Shown: positions 49,933 through 63,875 of the stretch, one piece after another
How positions within the stretch are numbered: position 1 is the stretch's first letter
How the letters are laid out: each line of letters opens with the position of its first letter
Assembly: GCF_022045235.1 (NCBI RefSeq)
Contig: NW_027266270.1
Coordinates: 15,004,001-15,068,000 of the forward strand
Direction of reading: 5' to 3'
Length of the DNA: 64,000 bases
From: Haliotis cracherodii
Lineage: Eukaryota
Notes under the pieces: generated by a model
The model's database searches: none
The model's input: the letters and a program-made list of their open reading frames with translations, nothing else
What the model was told of the DNA's origin: nothing
Translations under genes and position numbers: made by a program

Positions 49933-52900
49933 TAGAGTGTGTCCACACGATCCTCAAACCAGTACGTGGCCATTTTTGTAGTGATTGTAAGGCTTTTGAG
50001 TCATTAAAATATTGACTACCTACTAATAATTCGGAATCTACACACATATACGTGTAAACATTAACTCAGTGTTAGCCTCAGCGTGAAGTAGCTCCTAAGT
50101 ATTGACAGGTTCCACTGGCTATCAAATATGACGTGTCTTCGGCTGGTGCTACCAGTACAATAGGATATGCTTATCCTTTTCGCGACAACCTGGTGTCATC
50201 ACTGATTTCAGTCATTCATTCACATAATTTTCTTCCCTACTTTGCCCTTAAAACCCAATTGAATCTATTCTGACTATTATCTGGCATCGATGTTCTGTAC
50301 ATATTTGATGGATCAAATTCAAGACATAAATGAATTCCATTAATATGTGTCAACATTACCATTCGCAAAATAACCAACGATCTTTGCCCAACTATCGGGG
50401 AGGCATACTGCAGTACTAGTCGATTTCCATTAGGTCTTTTCAAACAACAATTTTCGTATGACCTAACGCAACAAATTAGAACCAAACGTTTGTCACACAC
50501 AGACAATGTATCAATTCTATGCAATGCACTAATGACAGTGTCTAGACCTTGGTCTTAGGTCTAGACTTGGTCTCTCTGTAGTATTGACCCTTTTGGCTAA
50601 CTATCGAACTTTTATGAGGGGCTGTCACATTTGGTAGAAACCATCAATATTTCCCGGAGTAATGTCCCCATGGGTCAGAGAGTGGAATAAATGGATAGGT
50701 AATGGACGCAGCGGTATATTTGTATTTGGAATGTAAACGGATATGAACCTATGTGCCTTCAAACCAACGTTCCTACACTAGGTCCTGTGGACCGAAATAT
50801 AGTAGTAACACATCCCGATTCTCTTTCATTTAGACTGGTTCTTTATTACATACATCAGAAAGACTTCTTGTGGGGATTCCGCGTCACCAGTACCTCATGG
50901 CCATGCTTGCCTATAGAGCCGACTAGCATGGGGATCAGGTCGTCAAGGCCTGTTTCCTGGTTTCATCATACCACGGCGGAGTTGATAAAATTGATCGGGA
51001 TAAAGCTGTTGGCGGCATAAAACAACATTACCACGTCAACCCTCAAGACTTATTTACAGGCCACTGTCGCATGGCAGGAGTCCTGATGTGCGGTGCTAGG
51101 CACTAAAACCTAACTTAATTTATGCAAATAGTGTGAGTAGCGGGTGCTACGGGACATGTTACTCTCTTCTCGAGCACCTGGTACCACTGATTTACACAAC
51201 GATTATATATTCAGTACCAATCCTTCATGGCTTGTATAGAGATCATAGGGCTTCTGTTACACCTTGCCATTGATTTCCTCGTGACAAGCAACATGGTTTC
51301 ACATGCTCTCGGGTTCAGTCACTGACTACCGATGACAGACGATGAGGCGAATATTTCTTCGGTCACTGATTTGTCTCTGAGAGGAAGAGGGCGAACAATA
51401 TATTTTTCACTACTCATTATTTCATTTTCATATCATCCATTATATCCAACCAGCATGTTCTGTCTAAAAACTGAGGTAAAACTATGTTTCCCATTAACTT
51501 TCGATAAAAAAATATCGGTAGAATTTGAGGAAACTCTTTGCACATATTACTGTCAAAAGGCTATACAGTTGATTCTGTAGAAAAGATGTTTTGAAGAAAC
51601 TATTTTTTCAAGGAACATTTAATAAGTATATCAGCTTGTGTCACTGACAATAACTCTTAAACAAGGTTATTCACATGACGTATCAAGTTTATTTAAGAAA
51701 TAAACGAGGAGTGGGAGGACTTATGCCATGCTGTGAGGTAAGGGAGCCTGGCAACTGGCTTGATGACATGGCCTGTTTTTTGAGAAGTGTCAATATGAAA
51801 TTAACCTAATTGTTTTTAAAAGAACATTTCTGTTGTACCGTACATTCATGTACTGTATGACCTCACCAAATATAAAACTTAATTTCACTATCGCAAATCC
51901 TGAACATAGGATTTCCTTAGGACAGAAACGCGTTAACAAAAACGATCTCCAAAAAACTTACAGCTTCTTCACTGTGGTGTTTACCGTCACGAACATACCA
52001 GCTTATGCTTTCAGTCGTTTAGGTGAAGTGTCCGGAAGCTAAAGACAGACAAATAGTAAGAGGACTCCGGATAAACCATGGACAATATGCTATAAGCTTC
52101 GTTTGACCTCCCGCCAAGGTGAGCTATTACATGTTTAGCGAACCGTTGCCTGATATATACTTGCATAGAAATGGAATGGCAATTTGCAAGTCCGAATAAG
52201 TGTAACAGTTACAATTCCCAGCATCAAACAGAGTTGTTTTTAAAAAGAAATAGTGTGTCCCAGAAAATAGTGGAGACTAGTTGAGACTCTAATCGCGACA
52301 GGTTACTCTACGTCATACTTTTGGTTCGATGGGAAACTTCCGCTCTAGTTGCTCTGGTGCTCTGTCCGACTGACAGCTCATGTTTGCAAAGGTTCAAGTC
52401 AAAAGCAAACAGTCCTACCAGAGTTCACCTCATGGCTGGCCTTGACCCTTCACCCCCACATCTGTGGTGGGTGTGTGGGTGTGGGTGTATGTGTGTGTTG
52501 AAGTAGCTACAGATTTGCCATGGTAATTCATTTGCGCTATTATAAATCTAATCAGAAATGTCAGTCCTAATGCTTGTCTTGTTCCGCTTGTCAAGTGTTT
52601 AAATTCCATTCCCATGTTTAACAAGAAATTAAGCTCCCTGCCTGTGGCGCTACGTTGATAAAACCCACCGGCTAAAGCCTTGCACTTGTATCCCCATACC
52701 AGCCACGGGCACTGCGCTGATCTATACACAACCCATGCAAACAAATTATGGAAGATAAGACATGGTCTCGATCCCACAGTACTTGTGGTCAGATGCCTTG
52801 TCAAGCTGATACAATCGTTATCTGGAAAACAATTGCGATCCTTCTTTTGTCAAGTATCGACATATTATCTGTATGACAAAAATGTTCCCCGCCTTCGTAT

Positions 52901-54329
52901 GTCTGGCATATTACTTATTCCGCATGAACCAAATCGCACTTATTCAGCCAAAGGCACAAATATAACTCTCGTGCACGTATGTAGCAAAGTTTGTGTCACA
53001 TTTGGCTTTTAATATGCTCAAAAGCAGCTAAATTAAATTAAAACAAATTCAAATGTAGACTTAGTACATTTCTGTCATGTCAATGTTATGCCCTATACAT
53101 CAGTTGCTGTATAATGGCTAGCTGTTCCCAGTCTCGTCAGTCTGAACAGCAGTTTGAAAGGGAAAGAAAATTTGAGTTATGACTTTCCTTTGACCCCATC
53201 CTACATCACGCGGTACCTGTCCTTGATAAAACGTGTTTTGTTGTGTACATAGAGGAGTGATCAGCCTGTTAAACTATATATTGCAAACAAATAATCATAT
53301 TACACAAATATTGTTGAGCATAACAGATACTGAAACACGTTGTGTGATGAGTTGTAAAATTAAGGTGCGAGATGATGCTATCATATCCCATAACTCTAAA
53401 TTTTTAAGCAAAACTCATAATGGTCAAAATGTCACTGTGGCATTTCCAATTCAGTTACAGTGCTAAAGAACATTACATCTTGTTTACACTTTTTGCAAAT
53501 GAAATCTAAAATCTCCTGTAATATGAGTCGAATCGTGCGATCAGCATGATGTAAAGAAACACTGAATTGTGGTGTAACTTTCCTGTACTTGTTAACATTT
53601 GAGCAATGAAGGTGCAATACCCGAGTCCCAGTAGAAATGATGGCAGGCATGTGGTTTTATAGATACAAACTTTCTACACGTTGATGTGCAGATATTCTTT
53701 AAAAACAATATGTTCGTTAAATGCTTCACGCTAATATTTTGAGTTTCGCAAAAGGTCGCATTACTTTTTTATATACTATGCGTTATTTTAACACTATATA
53801 TTACTGTGTGTCAGCGTGACGTGTGAGGAAATTCCGAAGTGATACAGGTCTTAGACGTTTACCACGAGCACTTGTATAAAGCAACTTTGTGGTGCATGTA
53901 AGATAAAGAATTACAATACACCAGACAATCTAAATGCTTTTAACAGTCAATACGTCAGTGCCACATCCTGCTGGATTATGACTGTGAACTTTTTCCCCAC
54001 AGCAAGCTGGCCGCCCTGACAAGACTGAGGCACTGTTCAAAGCGAATTTAAACCCAAGGTCACTCACTATTCGGCATTAAGCTGCATACACTGTAGCGTG
54101 GTCTTTGTACTCAAATCTCGAACACGAAAACACGTTACCATAAATACTGTAGCTTTGTGGGAAGCATTAAATAGTCTGTATCCTTATACTATCAAAATCA
54201 ACTTCTCAAATGACTCTATAAAGGATTTTCGTGAAGATAAATAACCGTCACTGTGTGTCCGCGGAACGGATGTTGATAAAATATATTTTATATTTTATGA
54301 ATTATAGATTTATAGCGCATCGGTTCAAT

Positions 54330-55250
54330 ATAGTACCTGTTTAAGAGCGCTCAGTCACATGCTCGTTTGGAGGATTCGGTCTTCCGATTTCTTGACATCC
54401 ACTGGAAGCACGTGCACATTTCATAGAGTAGCACCCGATCTGCTAAAGGTTCTGTTTCTATACCTTGTTGTCCGGGCGGGTGGCACCATCACCTGTTGTT
54501 GAGTTGCAGAACGCAATGCCCGTTCAAGTTGGTAAAACGTTGTGAGTTGTTGTAGATACATCGGTGCCAGACCATGGAATCATTTATAGACAAATTCCAG
54601 CAACTTGAACATGATTCTGTGTGTTGCAGTTCTTCGAGAATCGTTGTTATGTGGTCGCCCGTTCGACATCATGTGAAGAGCAAAGCAGCTGTATCTTGCC
54701 CCCGCTTTAGCCTAGTATCCAGATGATTTTGCTAAATGCTAGTTGCATTGACTAAGTATTTAACAGAGTCTTTTATTTGTCCACAGGTCTTCTGATTTGA
54801 CTGATATTCCTTATCTGATGGTATGCACCTTTGCAGAAATTATTCACATAGTTTCTCAAACTGAATGTTAAACCAGTTGCTGTGATCACGCCTAGATTTC
54901 TTGCGGGAGTGCTTAAATAAACATTAGTGTCCTCAACCCGTATATTGGGAGGTTGAATCTTGGGCTGCATTAGTTTTGAACTGATGATAAGAAATTCAGT
55001 TATGTCATCATTCAATTTGAGGAAGTTTATTTTCATCCAACTTTTGACATCTAAAATGCAGGCTGTGATTCCCTGGAATGTCTCACTTACCTATTATGGT
55101 GGCGTTGTTCTGAATCCTAGATGGAGCTGTGCATCATCACCATACAGACGGAAACTGAGATCAGAAGATATGTCAATTCTTCCAACTGGTAGGGTGTATA
55201 TAGTGAAAGTAATGGCCCAAGAACAGATCCATGTGGCGCTCCATATTTCA
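54330..55250 (-). pseudogene. L2-clade LINE relic (RT C-terminal part)
   Basis: LYGDDAQLHL (YADD-like), NFLKLNDDITEFLII, ARNLGVI, CKGAYHQIRNISQIR. Confidence 0.8.
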
Positions 55251-55984
55251 GTTGGCTTCTATTTTTTATAACTTAATGTTTGAAGTAACATTAAGTTATA
55301 AAAAATAGTCTATAGTCTATTTTCAGTCAAGACCGGGTATGTTCGTCTTTTGATTCTGTGTTAGGTGTTCCTCATTTTTCCTTTAATTAATTGTTCTCTA
55401 CTATTTTCAAACGAATATTGTTCGTCCTTTCACACAAATGTTTCTGCCACATAGATAAATTCTCAAATTTTCTTATAGTGAAATAATTGTTTACGCCTTA
55501 CTTACTTACAATGTACTTCTTACTTTTAAACATGAATACGATCTAAGGAAACATGTGACATTCATTTCATCCAAGATTGGGAGTTTCGCCTGTACCTAAG
55601 TACACAATGGTGGACAGCCGTATTGCTTTCTTCACACGGCCATACAGAAGAGCATGGATACTATTAGGATACTTGCAGCCAGTTAACTCAGCCTTCAAGT
55701 CCATTGCACTCTATATAATTGCGCGACGGTGATATGTCTTTATAAAAGTGAACCGGTATTTATCACACAAGGCGCCATTTCGAGAGGTATAATGGTTCTA
55801 TTCATCGGGATATGGTTCAAAGGTTCGCCAAGACGCAATTCACGTGGACATTGATAAAAGACGAGAATGTTTACTGATATAATGTCTTTGGTAACAATGC
55901 ACCTTGAAAAACAATCTCAGACAAAACCAAATGATCTTTGATGAAAACAGACTGCCTTCAGGGCTATGTTTTGGCTTGTTTTAA

Positions 55985-57789
55985 AGGGAAAGTACGCACA
56001 AAAAATAAACGTATCTTGTTTCTCAGTCACTTTTAGACGGTACAATAGATTAACTTCATTGAAATCTATCTGCAAGCTGACAAAAACAAAAGCATGGGTA
56101 AATGAGATACAAACTGATTTATATTACATTACACGAATTCGATATGGATTAGAAAAGAACTATTACTATTACTATTTGATTATGACGCGACTTGTTATTA
56201 CCCTTTGATTATGACGCGCCTTGCTATTACCCTTTGATTATGACGCGACTTGTTATTTACCTTTGATTGTGACGCGACTTGTTATTACCCTTTGATTATG
56301 ACTCGACTTGTTATTACCTTTTGATTATGACGTGACTTGTTATTACCCTTTGATTATGACGCGACTTGTTATTACCCTTTGATTATGACTCGACTTGTTA
56401 TTACCCTTTGATTATGACTCGACTTGTTATTACCTTTTGATTATGACTCGACTTGTTATTACCCTTTGATTATGACGCGACTTGTTATTACCTTTTGATT
56501 ATGACTCGACTTGTTATTACCCTTTGATTTTGACGCGCCTTGTTATTGTCCTTTGATTATGACCCGACTTGTTATTACCCTTTGATTATGACCCGACTTG
56601 TTATTACCCTTTGATTCTGACGCGACTTGTTATTACCCTTTGATTATGACGCGACTTGTTATTACCCTTTGATTATGACCCGACTTGTTATTACCCTTTG
56701 ATTATGACGCGACTTGTTATTACCCTTTGATTATGACTCGACTTGTTATTACCCTTTGATTCTGACGCGACTGGTGCCAACTGTGCGTACAAAATACATC
56801 TTCACACGTGACCCGTGGTGTCTGGTCAAAATAAGAGAAGCATAAAAATATTACGTTATTAACGTTCGGAACAAGCGGTAGCAGATGCCCGGTAGCAAAG
56901 CATAACAAGGGACATCACACACACTTGGCTGATGTCGTCCATTATATGAACGCACTGACTACCCGTATCAAACTGAAAATAATCTGCGAGTTTTTTTTTT
57001 GTTTTTTTTTGTTTAACGCTGCACTCAGCAATTTTCCAGCTATATGACGTCGGTCTGAAAATAATCCAGTCAGGACCAGACAATCCAGTGATTCACATCA
57101 TGCGAATCGATCTATGCAATCGTATCCCAATATATTTCCGGAAAGGACAATACAGTAGCAAACAGGGTCTATACCGAAAATCTCTCTAATACAACATACG
57201 ATTACTGTTAAGAGTTATCCATTCTACAGATTCGACCTTAAATCTCCTAAGTCTGGTTAACAGTCTTATATTTTGGACAGATGATTTCTAGTTCTAAGAC
57301 TTGACATGGTCATGTTCCAGTGGCCACGGGTATACTCAAAACATTAACTCTCCACTGTGACATCGCGTCAGTCGTCATAGAACGTGAACGAATAGGGGAA
57401 TTTCAACAGATAGATCAAAACATTCGCATTTGTTGCCACAATGATGTCACATTGTTCGGCATTATTTTGTCAATTGACATGCCTTTGCGTGTGTTTTGAT
57501 GGGTGCCACAAGAGGGTCAGGAAGCGTTAACACCTGGTAGCATGACTATTAGATATTGAATCATGAACACATGCTTATGATAAAGTAAGAATCGTACAAT
57601 GGAATCTGGTTTTAGTAGAGAGTTCTTATGATGCTTTTAATATTCTTTGTTTCAGCGTTAGTATTTTCTTGATATCCCCTCCTACGTGTTAACACGGATG
57701 CACCCTTAATATTCATACCGCATGAAAGAAACATAATCACGGTTTCGTGAATTTCGAGAAAAGTATCTAATTTCCGTGTATACTTTCTC
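55985..57789. mobile_element. Second Kolobok-like element containing a minisatellite and a family A fragment
   Basis: TTAA+AGGGAAAGTACGCACAAAAA on the left; TTTCCGTGTATACTTTCTC+TTAA on the right; both ends resemble those of 3377-4028. Confidence 0.55.
56175..56773 (+). repeat. 29-bp minisatellite, about 20.5 copies
   Basis: Unit TTTGATTATGACGCGACTTGTTATTACCC with point variants (GACTCG, GACCCG). Confidence 0.97.
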
Positions 57790-59321
57790 TTAAAAGAGTC
57801 AGTCAGGGTGACGAAAAGCAAAGTATTATATTTTGTACATATCGTTGCAACTAATATAACGTCCTTTGAGCGTATGGTATTTAGCAACGTTTATATCTAG
57901 ATGGTATATCTTGAGTATGAACTGTAAAACAAGTTTGAGCCATAATCTGATTATTTAAAAAGTTATTAAATGGACATGGGAATGTTCTAGACTTTTCACT
58001 GTGTATAAATACCATTTTCTTCATAAGCGTCAAATATAAAATAAGAAATACACTGCATTAATCGTGGCGACATAAAGATGGCATCTTTTATCTTTAGCGC
58101 ATGACGGCTGCTAATCAGAATGATGATTTTCGCTTTGCTTACCTGGAGTGGCTCAGCTGCACTAGAAAAATTCTAGAGTGACATTATGTATGTATCGCAC
58201 GTTACATGTGTAATGGAAAGCTACTTTCATTTCTTTTTTACCAGTGTTTTCAGATTTTCAGGTGATATTACCTATTCGAGTTGAGGACATTTTAACATTA
58301 GAAAACAATGGCCTGATCATTCAATTTTTCCAATACACTATTTCTGACACATTTTCTCTTTCCTTTCTTTTTCCTTCAAGAAGACACAAACTGATGGAAA
58401 TATATTGACAGGAATGAAAACTTATCATGTTAGTCCCAGTCAATGTAAATGTCATTGTTTGAATATGCCAGGAAGATCTGTAAATGACATGCTTTAAAGT
58501 TTAAATTCATAATCATAAATAATACTTCACCAATGCAACATTTCTGTATAGGTACTACCTGTATTTTTGGGCGAGATATGCACTCTTCGTACCTTGACAA
58601 AATATCCCCCACACATATGGCTCAGTTGTGAAGCAATATGAAGACTTAAGATATTTAAGACCATAATAATGTAATGTTGCTCACATAGAAAATGCCGATA
58701 AGATTGATTAAAGTTTAATACGGTTAATTTTCAGAAACCTTCTTTAGAAATGAATAAAAGAATAAAAATAAATATAACATTGCATCATAAATCCACACCG
58801 CTTGTCAGGATCATACAGATAGACAAATAAAAACAACAGATAAGAAAAATAAGCATCAAACATTTGTTATATCAGATATAAAAACAATGAATGTCATTCT
58901 AAATGAAATGTCGTAACATGATTCTTTGAAATCGATAATATTAATTTGAATTAGTTTTTTTGAAAAACTGATATTTAAAAAAATGTATTTTGCAAAATCA
59001 GTTTGCTAGCCCGTGTTCTATCAAACAGAGAGAAACTCCAAGCATGATTTCTCGCCAGGGTAAATATTCTTTAACATGAATAATATCCATCGAACGTATA
59101 AGCTATAATTATTTTATTACATGTATGTAAGCTTTTGGCCTAAAAGGACACGTTGTACGCATACCCTTATACTGGTACACATGAACAAATCTTTACAAAC
59201 AATCCTATGAATTTGGAGAAAATCTTGTGATAAATTAAAGCGGGCGCTACAATGACGGCGTTGCCAAATGGCCTTAAAAGGTTACAGGTCGATGGTATCA
59301 AATTTCAAGCAGACCAGTATC

Positions 59322-59780
59322 AGACAGACAGACAGACAGACATGTTTATTCAGTAAAAGGCCAATGGCACAAAATACAAACATGTGAGCATGACATTTAC
59401 AGGGCACAGAATTTATCATTAATTATTTTGTGAGCATAATATAAGAATTTACAAACTAGAAATAATGTTTGCTCATTATAATTACTAAGAACATTTATTA
59501 CATGAGAATTACTGTAATGAGTAGGCATAGGAAGATTAACAAGGTATTTTTGTCTTAGGGCAGAATATAAATTACAATTAAAGAGTACATGGAATTCAAC
59601 CTCAATGACATTAACTCCCTTACTACTACAATAGTTACAGAATCTGAGTGAACAGTCTGTTTTACTATATCTGCCAGTTCCTAAAGCTATTTTAAAATTT
59701 GAACATGTGAATTTAGTAAAAACAGTTCTTAAATGGGTAGGGAGTGGACATGACAAGTACCTTTCAACATTTAACATTTA
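59322..59780 (-). mobile_element. RTE-X-like LINE 3' fragment (different subfamily from 33020-35749)
   Basis: TSD ACCAGTATC (59313-59321, 59781-59789); AATAAA plus (TCTG)n tail; TCSNFKIALGTGRY..CNYC..EVEFHVLFNC..Y..LR. Confidence 0.85.
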
Positions 59781-60284
59781 ACCAGTATCTCGACTAATGA
59801 TGACGTTTTACATTGGCACACAATTTTGGCATTCCTTAAATCTTGCCACCAATGGTTTATCGCAAATAGTTTTGAGAAAATCAAACTGTCTTCTCTCATG
59901 AGAAACACGTGTAGCAGCAAGGATACAAACATCGAATCATACCAGTGCTCGTGGGTGTCAACAAAGAGGTAAATGTCTAAGATCTGCATCATGTCGGGAG
60001 GTTCTCTGACATCAAGCTGACACGCCATGGTATAACTGAATATTGCTCAAAGCAACGTTAACTCGATCAGTCACACCCATTTGTGTCCGGGCACCTCGTC
60101 CAAAAGTTGAATGATTCAATGTTCGATCAACAGAAAACACGCAGATACATGTAACTGGTTACGAGAGCAACAATTCCGTTTGTAATAACTGTGACATACA
60201 TCCTAATCTCGGCAAACATATATACAAAATACGTTTAGGAAACATACTCATCAGAGTCCATCCAAACAGTCTATCCAACACAGT

Positions 60285-60554
60285 TGGTTGGTTGGTTGGT
60301 TTGTTGTTTAACTCCACACTCAGCAATATTCAAGTTATATGACGGCGGTCTGTAAATAATCGAGTCTGGACCAGACAATCCAGTGATTAATATCATGAGC
60401 ATCGATCCACGCAATTGGGATCGATGACATGCATCAACCAAGTCAGCGAGCCTGACCACCCGATCCCGATAGCCGCCTTTTACGACAAGCATTGTCGCCT
60501 TTTACGGAAAGCATGGGTTGCTGAAGACCTATTCTACCCCGGAATCTTCACGGG
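60285..60554 (-). mobile_element. Short retroposon family A
   Basis: 13-bp TSD TATCCAACACAGT (60272-60284, 60559-60571). Confidence 0.93.
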
Positions 60555-62834
60555 TTTATATCCAACACAGTGACATCTCAGCTTGATTTGTTACTGAAAA
60601 TAGCAAGGCGTTATCTCAAATTGCAAGCTGACAATTTTCAGCAACTGTAAAGTATCCATGTTTCTGGTGGCATCAGCACTATATCTGCAATACGATAATA
60701 GCTCCAACTCCTGTTCCAGCCAAACGACGTCGGATTTTTCATCGAAAGTGACAGTGTCACCGACTGAACTGTACTAATGTGATTGAGTGACTTTCCTCCA
60801 GTCAGTCAGCGGCCTTATTCGAATGACTAAAGTTGTGAAATTATATCAAAATGAATGAAGTATTAATGTTATAATTACCGTTATTGCAATTGACATTTTG
60901 TATCCAATAGCTCAAAGACCTTATTGCTCGGCGAATTAATTCATTATTAAGTATTATCCATGGCTAATTGTTTTTCTTCACACAGCTAAGGAATAAATGT
61001 ATCTCTATGCATAACATGTGGAGGAACAGTTCGGTGATTCCTGATAAATAATGTACATCACTTGTGGTGTTTAACATGGGAAATATTATCGTTGTCGCGT
61101 TAAAAACAAAATAACGAAAACTCGGTTGATATTTACCATATTATTTTTTACCTCTATATATGTAATAGTCAGTCGGCAATGGTCGACGTCCCTAATTATA
61201 GAATCATTATTTGAGTTTAACGCAACGCTGTAAATGCTTCAGTTTGTATGAGCACGGGCTTGGTGCTAGTATATCTAACCCAACCCAACCCATGATCAGC
61301 GGATCCTTGCAGACCCAAGGGTGGGATGGAAAATTGCGGCACATGTGTCTTTGATGAGGATCGTCAGTTCTAACACTGAGACAATCGTTACGATAATGAC
61401 AATGTTCAGCAAAGAAGGTCAGGCCTTATGATGAGCTCGGAGAATTACGGATTATCTATTAACTTTACTCCAAGCAGTTCTCACAGAAACATCAGCTGAG
61501 ATAACCTCTCTAAATCCAGAAAATTGTATGATCAATTATTTACGAAAAGGTGCTTTATGAAAAGTCTGATAACATCGGAAAGGATGTATCTCAATATTCT
61601 GTCTATGCTGGACTAAAAGATTTGACACTTTTAGATTTTGCATTGTAAAGTGACGCTTCGCAAATCGATGAACAAAATAGGTTGTGTTTGTGAACCTAAT
61701 TATAACAAGTGAGAAAGGTCAACACGTGCACGTGTTATCCTTACTTTTTATTGTGATTTATTGTGAAAAAAAAACACGCTTATGATATATTCAGAATCGT
61801 ACAGTGGACTCTGCTTTTAACAGAGATGTGTTATGAATATGAAAAGTTCTGTCGCATTTATTCATACGAATTGATATTGCCCTTGATAGTCTCGATCAAT
61901 GCATCCCAAAACCGCTTCCCATTGCGCCACATATATACCACTTAAAGGCAGTGATGAAGTAAGGAAACATAAATGATTCCTTATTTAGCAGTGCACAACA
62001 TACATGTACGACTCTGCGTATTACATCTACGAAAATCCTACTGACAGAACTAACACGAAGCCATTCTATTCCAAGTGTAATGTCATACAACGTCAAGTAC
62101 TTCGGATTAGGAACTAAGCATTTAATCACGCCAAACTTGTTTCACAAGCATATGACGACAACTATTGACAAGATGTCCAATCCAAATATTGGTTTATTTA
62201 CACAAGAGAATTTCTTTCCCAGGTCATCATAATACATCTTCTTACAATTCTAAGCACTTGTCTGAACTGTTTTGCCGCGAAGGCCGGGGTCAACGCACTG
62301 TCACAGACAAAAGACAAATCCAATTCCAACGGACATCATATCCGGCCTATATCTAGTATTTTCTATTAGCCAGATCACTGGTATTATTGTTAATGCTTGA
62401 TGTTCTCGAGGCACAGAAAGCCACTAATTATGGAAAGTGTTTCGTATATTTAGATTCGACTTTACTCTCAGGCATCTTTGTCTTTGTTGAAGTGTATGAA
62501 TGGGCTGGTAACATCTCTGTTCGACTGTAGATGAAAGACAGGAAAGTGTGGCAGACAAATTTGGCCTGAGAGGTTCAGGAGGTATAACGAATGGAGGGGG
62601 CGTCTGGCTAAGTCGCTGGATATCATTGTGCCTCCGCGCGATAAATATTTAAATGTTTCTCATATTAAATTTAAAGCTTAGATGGATATGTGATGAGTGC
62701 GTGAGTGAGTGATATTTCAAGGCGCTTTCAGCAGTATTTATCCTATCCCAAATCGTGTTAATTAGTTGGACGTTTACACCTTTGGCGAAACCAACGAGCA
62801 CGGCTATGCTAACAAACTAAGATTGTTTCTTGAT

Positions 62835-63040
62835 GAGCAATTTTACATCTGTATGACGGCGGTCTTTAAATAATCGATTCTTATCAAGGGATTGACATCA
62901 TGAGTATTGATCCACGTAATTGGGATACGATGACATGCATCAACAGAATCAGCAAGCCTGACCACCCGATCCCGTTAGTTGCCTCTTACGACAAGCATAG
63001 TCGCCTTTTACGGAAACATTCTACCCCGGATCTTCACGGG
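62835..63040 (-). mobile_element. Family A copy, degraded
   Basis: Ends TACCCCGGATCTTCACGGG; several deletions. Confidence 0.8.
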
Positions 63041-63490
63041 TATGCTCACAAACTATGTACCATAATCAGGACAAACTATATTGGGCTCAAACTCAAGACC
63101 ATTGGATGAAACCTTCAGCTGAGAGCCTCAATTTAACTACAATCCCAAACCTTTTTTCACATGTCTAATTCAAATGTAAATATCAGCATTCATACATTGA
63201 ATGGCGACGAAGTTATTCATTCTTCGTTCTTTTTACAGATTGCTGGGCAGAGTTCACTTTTCTTTGTTGAGTAATGATGTACCGTAGGGTATAATTGTGT
63301 TGCTTCAGTTTTGCGGGCATACAGAAGTTTTATCCAGTTAGTTTGAAGAGAAGGCAAAGCTCATGGTTATGAATATTATTCCCAAACAATTCCACTGCCT
63401 AGCTTAAAAGGACGTCAAATGCATCGCATCAAAGATAATATATAATAATGCTTTCTAAACTCAACGGTATTTATTTTATTTTCCTTTTAG

Positions 63491-63570
63491 GTTGCCACAC
63501 ATTACAATGGTATTTAACCTGTCACAATGGCCGTTTACATCTGCCTTAAGGGGTGTGTATCAAATCCCAC
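63491..63570 (+). other. Candidate exon of an unidentified transcript
   Basis: Long pyrimidine tract TTATTTTATTTTCCTTTTAG then 80 nt then GTGAGT; one open frame (LPHITMVFNLSQWPFTSALRGVYQIP). Confidence 0.35.
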
Positions 63571-63839
63571 GTGAGTGTGCTGAAATGTATTTCCTAACAT
63601 CTGTCAATAATTTCAAGAGTGCATTACAAAATGTGCATGCTGCTTTTTGCATATGTTAAAGATTTGTGTAACATTAGAGTTGACAATTAGAACTGAAATC
63701 ACTTCAAGAAGAAAGCCTGTTTATATCTGTTCTCGGTCATTCTTGACGGATATGACACATAACACTTCGATGTGGATTCGTGCTTCAGGGAACAACTATT
63801 TCTTATGCATAAAATAGCGAGAGCTTGAAGATATTTAAT

Positions 63840-63874
<35 letters not shown>
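63840..63874 (+). repeat. Poly-G tract (35 nt)
   Basis: Homopolymer. Confidence 0.95.

Positions 63875-63875
<1 letters not shown>

Noticed and set aside
51142-51230. HDV-like ribozyme (GGGTGCT/AGCACCT pairing followed by GG)
   Set aside because: P3, P2 and J4/2 cannot be built without overlap; more likely a decayed repeat fragment.
56175-56773. CRISPR-like array (29-bp repeats)
   Set aside because: Repeats are head-to-tail with no unique spacers, there are no cas genes, and the context is eukaryotic.
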